A stretch of DNA of 64,000 bases from an uncultured cyanobacterium (lineage in GTDB: Bacteria > Cyanobacteriota > Cyanobacteriia > Cyanobacteriales > CAWCAG01): the NCBI GenBank assembly GCA_963803805.1, contig CAWDOD010000003.1:448001-512000 (forward strand), in the 5' to 3' direction. The position numbers and the translations under genes were made by a program. The notes below the pieces were generated by a model. The model did no database searches, was not told the origin of the DNA, and saw only the letters and a list, made by a program, of their open reading frames with translations. Of this stretch, positions 20,184 to 31,238 are shown in pieces (the first letter of the stretch is position 1; every line of letters begins with the position of its first letter).

Positions 20184-21314
20184 TCATCTGCTTGCGGCAA
20201 TAAAGTCAAGCATCTTTTCTTTCACTGAAGCCGTTTCTACATTTCCTTGGGGATTTCTTCTCACAATTCCAGCATTCTTTAAAAATGCCTTACCTAAAGT
20301 AGCTAAAACTTCTATATTGTAAGGACTCGCATCATCTATTGCTTCAGTAACTTCAATACGTCCTCTCTTAATCTTCTTTCTTTCCTCTTCATCCAAACTA
20401 CTTAATAATTCCTGCTTTAACTCGCTATCCATCAAGCTTGCTAAATATTGAGTAGATAAATTAGGTTGCAAACGTAAATAACGGTTCGGTTTATCTTCAC
20501 CGAAAAGAATTTCTCTAGCTATATAATCGTTAATATCTAAAGGCCCATCCATCAAAACATCAATAATATGTCCAGCCCAATTTAATACCCCCCAATTTCT
20601 CGCATCTTCATAAGCAATTGGCTTAATAACATCACCTGTACCAATGGAAAGTACACTGATATTCCTTAAATCATTGCCCAATCTTACTGCCTCTGCTAAA
20701 GCACAAGCAACAGGGTTATTGGCACTAACTCCGCCATCAATACCCGAAAATTCCTCATCTCTAGGTTTAGCAATTCTGTAAGCAGGAAAAAAAGTTGGTG
20801 CAGATGCAGAACAAACACAAAGTTCCCAGACAGGAATATCGGCGTACCACATTTTATGTCGCCAACTTTTGAAAACTTCGGGGCGACGGGTAATTGTATC
20901 GTAGGAAGTAATTAATAATTTTCCAGGAGATTCAATACTGGGAGTAAGTTCTCCTAGGGTTGTTTTTTCTCCAAACTGTTCTTTCAAAACCTCAATCAAA
21001 CCATCATGGGAAAACTTTGGTGCAGAAAGACCACGTTCTAAAACTAGTTTAAATCTCCGGGGATTAAAATAGCCCCAAGTACCACTATAAGGAAAAATTC
21101 TATGACCATTTTTTTTATATAAATTAAGTAAGTCACGAGCAGATTTTTTACCAGCAATTCCAGTGGCTATAATTGAACCTGTAGAAGTTCCAGCAATTAA
21201 ATCAAAATATTCATGTAAAGGTTGGTCAACTAACTTTTCAAACCCTTCTAAGATTTGTGCAGCTAAAGTACCGCGAATTCCACCACCATCTAGACTTAAA
21301 ATACGATAGGGCAT
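20184..21314 (-). CDS. Patatin-like phospholipase
   Basis: DGGGIRG, GTSTG nucleophile, SASAPTFFP, DGG. Confidence 0.92.
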   Translation of the reverse strand: MPYRILSLDGGGIRGTLAAQILEGFEKLVDQPLHEYFDLIAGTSTGSIIATGIAGKKSARDLLNLYKKNGHRIFPYSGTWGYFNPRRFKLVLERGLSAPKFSHDGLIEVLKEQFGEKTTLGELTPSIESPGKLLITSYDTITRRPEVFKSWRHKMWYADIPVWELCVCSASAPTFFPAYRIAKPRDEEFSGIDGGVSANNPVACALAEAVRLGNDLRNISVLSIGTGDVIKPIAYEDARNWGVLNWAGHIIDVLMDGPLDINDYIAREILFGEDKPNRYLRLQPNLSTQYLASLMDSELKQELLSSLDEEERKKIKRGRIEVTEAIDDASPYNIEVLATLGKAFLKNAGIVRRNPQGNVETASVKEKMLDFIAASR

Positions 21315-21394
21315 ATTGTTTTAGGCAATAGTAATACAGTCGTGCTAAATATAAGTATGCCAAGAGTATGCCAATTATCAAAGCGGAACACATT

Positions 21395-21427
21395 AAAAAG
21401 AAAAAGGGCAGCCAATGACTACCCTTT
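21395..21427 (-). terminator. Intrinsic terminator, minus strand
   Basis: AAAGGGUAGUC-AUU-GGCUGCCCUUU followed by a U tract; pairs fully (two G-U) only on the minus strand. Confidence 0.7.
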
Positions 21428-21722
21428 AGTTAGGTATGTATGGTTGTAGTGTGCATAACTACTGCTTTAATGACTAGATTATTTAAGGGGAAGTTTCCCA
21501 AATCAGGTTCTCTAAAGTATTATTAAGCTTAGATAAACTACTAAGAATGAAGTTAACAATGCAATACGCACGGCCATGAAAATAGGTCAGGTTATAGTAC
21601 CTGACCTAATTAGATCATGTCTGAGGATTTTTAACTAAGTGTGAGGACAAATTAGTTACTTAATGTCCGCTTTTAATATCTTCTTACTCAGGGGTAATGT
21701 TAAATCTAAGAAAAGATTAAGG

Positions 21723-22208
21723 TTAAGTCTTTTTATTGCTTTCAGATTTAATTTCTTGCAACAAACCCGAACAAGCATCTAAAAGCAAATCAATTACATT
21801 ATCAAACCCTTCGGGGCCACCATAATAAGGATCAGGAACTTCTTTCTCTTGATGTTCAGAAGCATAATCACACATTAAACGTACTTTAGATTGATATTTA
21901 CCTTCTTGATCTAAAGCCAGAATATTATTATAGTTATCTCGATCCATAGCTAAAATCAAGTCAAACTCCGCAAAATCTGACCTGATAAACTGCCTAGCTT
22001 CACCTTTAAGTTCAATGCCTCGTTTCTTCGCAGCAGAATTCATACGCCGATCGGGAGGAGAACCAATATGATAGCTGGAAGTCCCGGCAGAATCACAAAC
22101 AATCTCATCAGTTAAACCAGCTTCACTAATAAGGTAGTTCATAATATTTTCTGCTGAAGGGGAACGGCAAATATTTCCTAAGCAAACAAAAAGTAGTTTT
22201 TCAGCCAT
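21723..22208 (-). CDS. Low-molecular-weight protein-tyrosine phosphatase
   Basis: FVCLGNICRS P-loop, DPYYGG. Confidence 0.93.
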   Translation of the reverse strand: MAEKLLFVCLGNICRSPSAENIMNYLISEAGLTDEIVCDSAGTSSYHIGSPPDRRMNSAAKKRGIELKGEARQFIRSDFAEFDLILAMDRDNYNNILALDQEGKYQSKVRLMCDYASEHQEKEVPDPYYGGPEGFDNVIDLLLDACSGLLQEIKSESNKKT

Positions 22209-22440
22209 TATTTTGCAGATTAAGTGATAAAGAAATAGGCGAGTGATCGCTTTTCCACCTTATGACAAACGCCAATGACAGAAAATGCACCCTATCGCCT
22301 TTTCCTATAGTCTTTAGAGAACTCCAATAAATAAAATATCCTCACAAAGTATAAGATTTTAGCGACTAGCTACTAGCTATTAGCTTATTGCTTTTGGATA
22401 AGTCTTTTCTTGGTTCTCTGTTATTAATCTAGACACTCAA

Positions 22441-22785
22441 CTACATACCGGGGAGATTTAAACCACTAGTAAGTTCTTCCATTCGCTCTCGCATTGTCTC
22501 TGTCGACTTACTATAGGCATCTTTCATCGCCGCAGTTACTAATGCGGAAAGAGCTTCTTCTCCTTTACCCATAGCATCAGGAGAAATAGTTACACTCTTT
22601 GGTTCTTGATTACCGCTCATTACTACCTTAACTAGCCCATCCTCACTTTGCCCTTCAATTTCCATTAATTCTAATTCAGTTTGGAGTTGTTGCGCTCCTT
22701 GTTGAACTTGCTGAGCTTTTTTGAAAGCTTCGGTAAGTTCTTTCATTTTGCCTAAACCGAAGCCAAATCCTTGTCCTTTAGTCAT
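22441..22785 (-). CDS. ybaB: YbaB/EbfC nucleoid-associated protein
   Basis: KKAQQVQ...[13 protein letters not shown]...[10 protein letters not shown]. Confidence 0.9.
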   Translation of the reverse strand: MTKGQGFGFGLGKMKELTEAFKKAQQVQQGAQQLQTELELMEIEGQSEDGLVKVVMSGNQEPKSVTISPDAMGKGEEALSALVTAAMKDAYSKSTETMRERMEELTSGLNLPGM

Positions 22786-22867
22786 ATCTAATTCTCAATT
22801 ATCTTCAAGTTACCAGCTTACCTTAGCCTAGTGATTGGCGATCGCATCATAAAGTATATAACCAACC

Positions 22868-23836
22868 CTAAAACTTACCTAACATTTTAACTTCTGGCTC
22901 TAAACATAAAGACCAGTGATATTCTACTTGCTCTTGAACATAACGAATAAGCCGGAAAATATCGCTAGCTGTAGCACCACCACAATTAAGGATAAAGTTA
23001 GCATGGCGATGAGCTATTTGGGCCCCGCCAATTTGATAGCCTTTCAAGCCCAATTGCTCAATTAACCGACCAGCAGAATGAGGTTTAGGGTTGCGGAAAA
23101 CACTACCACAACTGGGGAGATGATAGGGTTGAGAACTTTTACGCTGTCGTAAGTTTCTGTTTGTGTCTTCCATGACTTCTGCTCGACTAAATCCTGGTTG
23201 TAGCTGGAAAGTCGCTTGGGTTACTAAGTTGTTCTCTCCTTGTAAGCTGGAAGTACGGTAGCTAAAATTCAAGTCTGAAGCTTTAAGGCGCTCAACATTA
23301 CCCGTGGGGGAAAGAACCATAGTATCTACGAGGCTATCTGCTACACATTTACTATGGGCCCCAGCATTCATTACTACTCCTCCCCCTACGGTTCCAGGTA
23401 TACCCACTGCCCATTCTAAACCTCGCCAGCCTCGTTTAGCTGCTTGGTAAGCAATACGAGCAATAGGTTCCCCAGCACCAGCAGTAATTTGCCCTGTTTC
23501 GAGATCAAATTGAGTGTGGCGCAAGTAACGAGTACCAACTACTAAGCCAGGAATACCGCGATCGCTAACGAGTAAGTTGGAACCGGCCCCTAAAAGAGTG
23601 ATAGGTAAGTCGCGAGATTTAGCCCACTCAAAGCTAGCTAATAAATCTTCCCATCGCCTTGGAGTAACATACCATTGGGCAGGACCTCCTACCCGGAACG
23701 AGGTTATTTGCCCTAGATTGAACTGGGGTTTGATTAGACAATCAGTTCCTGCTAGATTAATTGGAGATTTGATTGGTTCGTTCACACCAGGAAAGGTGGT
23801 TTTGGTTACGCTAGAAGGAGAATAGGACAGTGTCAT
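22868..23836 (-). CDS. murB: UDP-N-acetylmuramate dehydrogenase
   Basis: GAGSNLL, GIPGTVGG, MNAGA, PSCGSVFRNP, HANFI, LEPEV. Confidence 0.95.
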   Translation of the reverse strand: MTLSYSPSSVTKTTFPGVNEPIKSPINLAGTDCLIKPQFNLGQITSFRVGGPAQWYVTPRRWEDLLASFEWAKSRDLPITLLGAGSNLLVSDRGIPGLVVGTRYLRHTQFDLETGQITAGAGEPIARIAYQAAKRGWRGLEWAVGIPGTVGGGVVMNAGAHSKCVADSLVDTMVLSPTGNVERLKASDLNFSYRTSSLQGENNLVTQATFQLQPGFSRAEVMEDTNRNLRQRKSSQPYHLPSCGSVFRNPKPHSAGRLIEQLGLKGYQIGGAQIAHRHANFILNCGGATASDIFRLIRYVQEQVEYHWSLCLEPEVKMLGKF

Positions 23837-23939
23837 AAGAATACTTTTTTCAGGTGGGATCTAAACTAAACAGGTCATAACTACTTGTGGAAGTAAAGCT
23901 CCCTGATGGTATTAATTTCTTCAGGGTTCTTAATCTTAT

Positions 23940-25436
23940 TTATCCCGCTAGTATGATCGGAATAGTCTGATTAAGATTTCCTGCTCCTAGAAATAGTGCC
24001 AGATCCCCAGATTGAAGAATGTCTAGCAAAAAGCTACTAAGAGAAGATAGAGGTTGGTAAAATACTTGAGGATGATGGGTCGCAATGGCCTGGGATAATT
24101 TTTGTCCGGTAATTTTACCTGAGTCAGGTTCTCCGGCACTATATATATCAGTAACTACCACTACATCAGCTTTGCTAAAGGCTTGAGCAAATTCTTCTAG
24201 AAACGTTAGGGTACGGCTGTAGCGATGGGGCTGGAAAATTGCTACTACTCTTTTTAAGGTGCTATTTTGAGATTCTTGGCATAGTCTTAAGCGGGCTGCT
24301 GTTAGGGTAACGCTAATTTCGCTAGGGTGATGGGCATAATCATCAACAAAGGTAACGCCTTTATGTTCACCTCGGTATTCAAAGCGTCTTTTTGCTCCTT
24401 TAAAAGTTGCTAAGCCTTGGGCAATTACAGCAAATTCTAAACCGAGATGTCTACCTACAGCAACTGCAGCCAGGGCATTGCTAAGATTATGTGTTCCTAA
24501 TAAAGGAAGTTCTAATTGACCGAGGACTGTTCCTCTTTCCCAAATCTCAGCCTTAGATCCCCAGGAATGATAAGTAACATTTTTCACGGTATAGTCTGCC
24601 TCTTTTTCAGGATCGAGACTATAACTGATCTTTGGTTGGAAGGTGTTGCTTACTGTTTCGCAATCAATACATCCCACCAATGTTTCACACTGACTCTCAA
24701 AAGTCTTGAAGATATCAACTACTTCTTCGAGACTTTGGTAATGGTCTGGATGATCTAATTCGATGTTAGTTATAATACCGACGCTAGCGGAAATTTTGGT
24801 TAAAGAGCCATCAGACTCATCAGCTTCTGCAACTAAGAATGGTCCGTTACCTAAACGTGCATTTCCTTCCCAAGCATCAACCTCCCCACCAACAATAATA
24901 GTTGGATCAACTCCTGCTTGGAGTAGCATATAGCCAATTAAACTACTCGTAGTTGTCTTGCCATGGGTTCCTGCCACAGCAATGCTTTTGTACTCTTTTA
25001 CCAATGCTGCTAACAGATCAGAGCGATGGAAGATTACGCAACCTTTTTCTTGGGCAGCTTGGTACTCAACATTCGTTGAATTGATAGCTGTAGAACAGAT
25101 TACTTGGGGTAAACTTATCCCTAGGTTATCTTCCTTATGGGGGGCAATTAATGTTGCTGTTTCCTTAGTTTTGCCTCCTACGGTGGCTGTTGCATTTAAG
25201 TGATCGCCACTTACACAATTCGGGTCTTGGAAATAATCCAAGTTAGCGGCTTGTTGAGAATCAAAGATATGAGTACCAACAGATTCCAAACGCTTAGTAA
25301 TATGACTAGAACGGAGGTCAGAACCAGATACTGGCAACTGACGCTTGGCTAAAACATAAGCTAGAGCTGACATTCCAATACCGCCAATACCGATAAAATG
25401 GAATGGTTTACCACTAAAGTTAACGGTTTTCGACAT
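23940..25436 (-). CDS. murC: UDP-N-acetylmuramate-L-alanine ligase
   Basis: GIGGIGMS, GTHGKTTT, EADESD, DDYAHHP, FQPHRYSR; start set at MSKTVNF (25436) behind GAGGAG. Confidence 0.95.
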   Translation of the reverse strand: MSKTVNFSGKPFHFIGIGGIGMSALAYVLAKRQLPVSGSDLRSSHITKRLESVGTHIFDSQQAANLDYFQDPNCVSGDHLNATATVGGKTKETATLIAPHKEDNLGISLPQVICSTAINSTNVEYQAAQEKGCVIFHRSDLLAALVKEYKSIAVAGTHGKTTTSSLIGYMLLQAGVDPTIIVGGEVDAWEGNARLGNGPFLVAEADESDGSLTKISASVGIITNIELDHPDHYQSLEEVVDIFKTFESQCETLVGCIDCETVSNTFQPKISYSLDPEKEADYTVKNVTYHSWGSKAEIWERGTVLGQLELPLLGTHNLSNALAAVAVGRHLGLEFAVIAQGLATFKGAKRRFEYRGEHKGVTFVDDYAHHPSEISVTLTAARLRLCQESQNSTLKRVVAIFQPHRYSRTLTFLEEFAQAFSKADVVVVTDIYSAGEPDSGKITGQKLSQAIATHHPQVFYQPLSSLSSFLLDILQSGDLALFLGAGNLNQTIPIILAG

Positions 25437-26320
25437 TAAATCTCCTCGCACACCATACCACACACCAAAACCAAGTTGATAATACGCGATATCATACCAA
25501 GAATTCTTTTTTAGAGATACACTAAATAAAAATTTTCTGATGATAAGTGCATGATTACTACAGGTTAATTTATCCATCAATACCGTTGTATTGCTGGTAA
25601 AAAATGATTTCTATATTAATCAGAGCAATTTCTTATTTGTCCGGAAAATTATCATAGTCTGGCTTTTGAGATTCTTAATTTATGAATTTCTAGGGAGTAT
25701 CATAATTATTGGCTTCATAAGACTATAATGTCCATTGCTTAAGGATGACAGGCAAGGGAACTTGTCTATGGTAAGTACAACAATTGATAGACTATTTAAG
25801 GTATATAGTCCACCTGATTTCATTATTAGAGAAGTAGCCAAGGATTCTTTGGCATTTTAGAGACAGAACCTGACAAAAATACTATGCTAAGATAATCAAC
25901 TGAACTTAATTGAGTAGCTGTAGTGAGTGCTGCTTAATTCTCGTTTTGGAATCTATTTCAGATTTCTCTTTTCTTAGAGCTTTGCCCTAATACTAAGTAA
26001 GTGAAAATTAGATATTTTGAGTTATCAAGCTATTACTTTTACCCTTCACAAACTTCGTTATTTTAATAATTTTAGTTACGATAGCTTGTAATACTTGACT
26101 TTCCGCACTGTTTTAATGACATCTAGCCTTGGTAAGCTGTCAGGCATTTCTCAATGAATAGGCTTAGGGATATAGCTGTACCGCAAATAGGCTGCCCTCT
26201 TACCAACTAACCTAAAAATAATCAACCTTGCTAGTTTCGATTTGTTCTTGCTTTGCGATATGATCGGGTTTATTAAGATTTTTTTAATGTATTCATCTTG
26301 AAGATAGAGGGCAAGAAGTA

Positions 26321-27337
26321 GTGATTAGAGTAGCCATCAATGGGTTTGGACGCATCGGACGCAATTTCATGAGATGCTGGATAGGGCGAGAAAACAGTCA
26401 GTTGGAAGTAGTTGGAATCAATGATACCTCTGATCCCAACACTAACGCTCACCTACTAAAATACGATTCGATGTTGGGGAAATTCAATGCTGAAGTTAGT
26501 GCTGATGAAAATTCTCTTATCGTTAATGGTAAAACTATCAAGTGTGTCTCTGACCGCAATCCTTTAAATCTACCTTGGGATGCTTGGGGAGTTGATTTGG
26601 TCATTGAATCAACAGGGGTTTTTCGTACTAAAGACACTGCTTCTAAGCATATAGCAGCAGGGGCTAAAAAAGTTCTCATTACTGCTCCTGGTAAGGGTGC
26701 AGATATTGGTACTTATGTTGTGGGAGTTAATCACCAGGATTACGCCCACGATAAACATGATGTCTTAAGTAATGCTAGTTGTACCACTAATTGTTTAGCC
26801 CCCATCGTCAAAGTACTTAACGATAACTTTGGTATTGTCAAAGGAACAATGACCACTACCCACAGTTATACTGGGGATCAAAGAATTTTGGATGCCAGCC
26901 ACAGAGATTTACGTCGGGCTAGGGCAGCGGCTATTAATATTGTACCTACCAGTACTGGTGCGGCTCAAGCTGTAGCTTTGGTAGTGCCAGAAGTGAAAGG
27001 CAAGCTTGATGGTATTGCTTTGCGGGTTCCTACCCCTAATGTTTCTGTAGTAGATTTTGTCGCTCAAGTTGAGAAAAATACCATTGCCCAGCAAGTTAAT
27101 GATGTGTTGAGGGAAGCTTCTGAAAACTCGATGAAGGGTATTTTGGGTTATAGTGATTTGCCTTTGGTTTCCTGTGATTATCGAGGTACAGACGAATCTT
27201 CTACCGTTGATTCTAGCTTAACTATTGCTTTGGGTGGCGATATGATTAAGGTTATTGCTTGGTATGACAACGAGTGGGGTTATTCTCAAAGGGTTGTTGA
27301 CTTAGCAGAAATTGTCGCTGAACAATGGCCTTCTTAA
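26321..27337 (+). CDS. gap2: Glyceraldehyde-3-phosphate dehydrogenase, Calvin-cycle type
   Basis: [36 protein letters not shown]-loop, WYDNEWGY. Confidence 0.93.
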   Translation: MIRVAINGFGRIGRNFMRCWIGRENSQLEVVGINDTSDPNTNAHLLKYDSMLGKFNAEVSADENSLIVNGKTIKCVSDRNPLNLPWDAWGVDLVIESTGVFRTKDTASKHIAAGAKKVLITAPGKGADIGTYVVGVNHQDYAHDKHDVLSNASCTTNCLAPIVKVLNDNFGIVKGTMTTTHSYTGDQRILDASHRDLRRARAAAINIVPTSTGAAQAVALVVPEVKGKLDGIALRVPTPNVSVVDFVAQVEKNTIAQQVNDVLREASENSMKGILGYSDLPLVSCDYRGTDESSTVDSSLTIALGGDMIKVIAWYDNEWGYSQRVVDLAEIVAEQWPS

Positions 27338-27360
27338 TAGTGGCAACGCTTTAGTCGAGA

Positions 27361-27419
27361 GGGCGGGTTGATGTGGATTTTAGCCTACTAATAATAAACC
27401 TATTAGAACCCGCCCCTAC
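27361..27419. repeat. GTAG REP-like palindrome between convergent gap2 and argZ
   Basis: GGGCGGGTT...AACCCGCCCCTAC. Confidence 0.68.
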
Positions 27420-27424
27420 ATTCC

Positions 27425-29530
27425 CTAAATACTATAAGGGCTAGTTAACTTGTCCAATTGTTGTACCAACAAACTGAGGAACAAGCCTACATCTGTCACA
27501 ACACCCACAGACTCAACGGAACCGCGATCGCTTAATTTCGTGACTACAGCCGGATTGATATCTACACAAACCATCTTCACTCCAGCCGGAGTCATATTCC
27601 CAACACCGATTGAATGTAACATAGTTGAGAGCATCAGAATCATATCCGCCCCTTCTAACAAGCGAGCATATTCTGTTTGAGCTTTCACTAAATCCATTTC
27701 CGTATCAGGTAAAGGGCCATCGTCACGAATCGAACCTGCTAAACAAAAAGGAACTTGGTTACGAACACATTCATACATAACCCCTTTGCTTAAAAGCCCT
27801 GCTTCCACAGCTTGGGCGATGCTACCGCAACGGCGAATGGTATTAATCACCTTTAAATGATGGCGATGTCCTCCTCTGACAGGAACACCCCGTTGCATAT
27901 CTACCCCCAAAGAGGTTCCCATAGTAGATTGTTCAATATCATGAACAGCAATGGCATTGCCTCCTAGTAAAGTTTGGACATAACCTTCACGAATTAAATG
28001 GGAAAGGTGATGGCTGCCTCCGGTATGGATAACAACTGGTCCTGCTGTGACAACAACTTTACCGCCGCGATCACGAATTTGGCGCAATTCCCAGGCAATT
28101 TGTTCTACCACTAATTCCACACGGCGTTCACTAGAAACCCCTGCCCCCATGAAGCTAAATTCTTGGGTAGTATTGCGTTTTTCCCTAGATTCAGTTTTGC
28201 GGACGGTACGGATACCTTCTACCCCAGTAACTACTTTTTCACCAATTTCCAAGTCCCGCAAAATTTTACAACGGGCTGTTGTTTGACCTTCAGGGCTACT
28301 AATGGCAATAGCTGCATCCATGCGCTGTCCCTTTACCCGCAGCCATTCCCCATTTACTCGCACTTCCGTAGGATAAATGGTAGAAACATAGAAATCATCT
28401 GGGGCAACTCCTGCTTTATTGATGGGTTCTAGAATCGCATCCCGTTCTTCGGCGGGTAAATCGACTACTCCCAGATCAATGAGTTGGGCCGCGATTTCTT
28501 CCATCACTTCATGAGAAGGGGCAGAAACTTTAACTTCTGCATTGGAAGTACTTTGACGCTGTTCCCCTAGGCTGAAATTAAGGACTTGGAAACTACCACC
28601 AGCATTGACGATGAAATCTAAAGCGCGATTCATGATTCCCGCATCGAGGAGATGCCCTTCCATGCGGACGATGCGACTTTCTACCCCAACGTTGGCATGG
28701 ACTTCTGCTAAGACAGGTTCTGTTACTCGCAGGGTTAAGCATTTGGCAGCCCCCCCAGCTTTGAGAAATTCTGTTAAAGGAGTCTCTACCACTTCAAAGT
28801 CAAGTTCGGTAAGGCGCTTTTTCAGGGAATCGCTAGCCTTATTCATGACCACGGTAGAGTTAATGTTAACGGAGTTGCAAGCAAAGTTAACTGCATCTGC
28901 TTCTTGGATAGCAATACGCTTTTCTGGGGGGACTCGCCTTTCGATAATTTGATTGGAGTAAGCATCAAAGGCCGCAGGATAATAGAGTAGGTAGCCTCCT
29001 GCTAAAGGGCAAAAGCAAGTATCAAGGTGGTAAAAACGGTCGTCAATCAACCTCAAGGAAACTACTTCTACATCTAACCATTTAGCAATGTAGGGATGGG
29101 CATCAAGTTCGGAACGAAAACCATAACCAGCCCATAACCAACGCCCTTCTCTATCAAAAAGGGCATCTCCGGCCCCTTCAAAGGGTAAATCTTTGGGCAA
29201 TTCGTGGACGGTATAACCTTGATCAGCAAACCATTGTTTAAAATGGGGTTCTTCTCCTTGACGTTCTTTGTGGAGGAAGCGGCTAAGGACGACATTATCC
29301 CCTAACACCAGTCCGGCATTAGCGGTAAAGACCATATCGGGCCAGCCTTTTTGAGGTGTTACCAATTCCACAACAGCCCTATCTTTGAGAACATAGTAAA
29401 GCTTTTGCCACTGTTCTACAGCGCGATCGCGAGAAGATTTATGAATGTTCCCTTCCATCCAAGGATTAATCACATAATCCACATCGTAATGGTCAGGAGA
29501 ACACATGAGGAAACGAATTGAGTCAGTCAT
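27425..29530 (-). CDS. argZ: Arginine dihydrolase / ornithine cyclodeaminase (ArgZ/AgrE, TIGR00300 family)
   Basis: N-terminal amidinotransferase fold (INPWM, DMVFTAN, EGAGD, YHLDTC, GGAAKC) fused to a LOR/SDH-like C-terminus; 701 aa. Confidence 0.9.
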   Translation of the reverse strand: MTDSIRFLMCSPDHYDVDYVINPWMEGNIHKSSRDRAVEQWQKLYYVLKDRAVVELVTPQKGWPDMVFTANAGLVLGDNVVLSRFLHKERQGEEPHFKQWFADQGYTVHELPKDLPFEGAGDALFDREGRWLWAGYGFRSELDAHPYIAKWLDVEVVSLRLIDDRFYHLDTCFCPLAGGYLLYYPAAFDAYSNQIIERRVPPEKRIAIQEADAVNFACNSVNINSTVVMNKASDSLKKRLTELDFEVVETPLTEFLKAGGAAKCLTLRVTEPVLAEVHANVGVESRIVRMEGHLLDAGIMNRALDFIVNAGGSFQVLNFSLGEQRQSTSNAEVKVSAPSHEVMEEIAAQLIDLGVVDLPAEERDAILEPINKAGVAPDDFYVSTIYPTEVRVNGEWLRVKGQRMDAAIAISSPEGQTTARCKILRDLEIGEKVVTGVEGIRTVRKTESREKRNTTQEFSFMGAGVSSERRVELVVEQIAWELRQIRDRGGKVVVTAGPVVIHTGGSHHLSHLIREGYVQTLLGGNAIAVHDIEQSTMGTSLGVDMQRGVPVRGGHRHHLKVINTIRRCGSIAQAVEAGLLSKGVMYECVRNQVPFCLAGSIRDDGPLPDTEMDLVKAQTEYARLLEGADMILMLSTMLHSIGVGNMTPAGVKMVCVDINPAVVTKLSDRGSVESVGVVTDVGLFLSLLVQQLDKLTSPYSI

Positions 29531-29727
29531 AATAAATTTAATTTAGAGTTGCGCCACCTAAGAATATTAATTCAGTCGTGTTTTTAACAAGACAAACATT
29601 TCATTTTATATTTGTTGGGCAAAGATCACAATTGGGAAATTGCTGGAGGCGGAATGATGAGGTGAGGAGATAATGGGATAATGAGAAGAAGATTTTTGAT
29701 TTTTAATTGTAGTTACCTAAGCTAAAT

Positions 29728-30909
29728 ATGCAATATCGGCGGTTTGGTCGTACAGAATTATCAATGCCTGTCTTTTCCTGTGGTGGGATGAGATATCAAC
29801 ATAAATGGCAAGATCGTCCTCTGGCAGATATTCCTCAAGATGGTCAAGATAACCTGGCAGCTACAATTAACAAGGGTTTGGAAGTTGGCATTAACCACAT
29901 CGAAACAGCTAGGGGTTATGGAACTTCAGAGATGCAGTTGGGACAAGTTTTACCTCAATTCTCTAGAGAGAAGTTGATTGTCCAGACTAAAGTTAGTCCC
30001 AAACCTGACCCCAAGGAGTTTCGTCGTCAGTTTGACAAGTCCCTTAATTACTTGCGACTTGATTATGTGGATTTGTTTGGGCTTCATGGCATTAATAATG
30101 AGGAAGTTTTAGATAATAGTATTCGTCCTGGGGGCTGTTTTGCTGAAGCGAAGAAGTTACAAGCAGCAGGGAAGGTACGCTTTATTGGTTTTTCTACCCA
30201 CGGTGCAACGGATATTATTGTTAAGACCATTGAAACGGGTTTATTTGATTATGTAAACCTGCATTGGTACTACATTAATCAATTTAATTGGCCTGCTATC
30301 GAAGCAGCTATTCGCCAGGATATGGGAGTGTTTATTATCAGTCCTTCTGATAAGGGTGGGCAACTTTATAACCCACCACCAAAATTGGTAAAACTTTGTC
30401 AACCCTTAAGCCCGATGGTTTTTAATGACCTTTTTTGTCTCAGTCATCCCCAAGTTCATACCCTTAGTTTGGGGGCTGCTAAACCAATGGATTTTGATGA
30501 ACACCTTAAAGTATTACCTCTTTTAGACCAAGCAGAGGAAATCTTACCTCCTATTTTAGAACGTTTAGAAAAAGAGGCGATCGCCGTTTTAGGAGAGGAG
30601 TGGGTGCGGAGTTGGTACGCCGGTTTACCTGATTTTACTCAAACTCCTGGACAGGTCAATATACCAATGATTTTATGGTTAAGGAATCTCGCCCTTGCTT
30701 ATGACATGGTGGATTATGGCAAAATGCGCTACAACTTGTTGGGTAATGGTGGTCATTGGTTTCCTGGTCAAAAGGCAGACCAGTTAAGGGGATTAGATTT
30801 AAGTTCTTGTTTGAAAAATAGTCCCCATAAAGCAAAAATTCCCGCTTTGTTAGCAGAGGCTGAAGAAATTTTAGGGGGAGGGGAAGTTAAGCGTTTATCT
30901 CAAAGCTAA
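29728..30909 (+). CDS. Aldo/keto reductase
   Basis: MQYRRFGRT, HIETARGYG, LIVQTK, GFSTH. Confidence 0.88.
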   Translation: MQYRRFGRTELSMPVFSCGGMRYQHKWQDRPLADIPQDGQDNLAATINKGLEVGINHIETARGYGTSEMQLGQVLPQFSREKLIVQTKVSPKPDPKEFRRQFDKSLNYLRLDYVDLFGLHGINNEEVLDNSIRPGGCFAEAKKLQAAGKVRFIGFSTHGATDIIVKTIETGLFDYVNLHWYYINQFNWPAIEAAIRQDMGVFIISPSDKGGQLYNPPPKLVKLCQPLSPMVFNDLFCLSHPQVHTLSLGAAKPMDFDEHLKVLPLLDQAEEILPPILERLEKEAIAVLGEEWVRSWYAGLPDFTQTPGQVNIPMILWLRNLALAYDMVDYGKMRYNLLGNGGHWFPGQKADQLRGLDLSSCLKNSPHKAKIPALLAEAEEILGGGEVKRLSQS

Positions 30910-31205
30910 TAGTCTGTCAATTTTGACTGATTCCATTGGCTTGGCTTCATACCTAACCAGATTTGTTGTCCCGTTTCTTTGAATCCCAGCACAAGCACAT
31001 TAACCAATGAACCTATTGCTGGATAATCAGATGGAGTCATATGGCCTTTATCTTGAAAATCTGTGATTTGAACAAGACCCGTAAACCTTATTCCTGGAAG
31101 GTCAACAAATATCCCAAAAGGAAAATGCTTTGTGACTACTCCTTTCAACTTAGTTCCAATTTTTAAAGAATCTTTTGTTTCGTCCCATGATGGCAGGTTG
31201 TTCAT
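30906..31205 (-). CDS. Stand-alone S1/OB-fold RNA-binding domain protein
   Basis: GTKLKGVVTKHFPFGIFVDL...GLVQITD. Confidence 0.75.
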   Translation of the reverse strand: MNNLPSWDETKDSLKIGTKLKGVVTKHFPFGIFVDLPGIRFTGLVQITDFQDKGHMTPSDYPAIGSLVNVLVLGFKETGQQIWLGMKPSQWNQSKLTDY

Positions 31206-31238
31206 TTTACTTCATAAGCTATCTCAAATAACTTTAGA

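Noticed and set aside
20184..21314. Patatin as a CBASS CapV-type effector
   Set aside because: No CD-NTase or Cap genes nearby; the neighbours are a glycosyltransferase and a phosphatase
25437..25580. 48-aa N-terminal extension of MurC in the ORF track
   Set aside because: Strong SD precedes ATG 25436 and MurC similarity starts there
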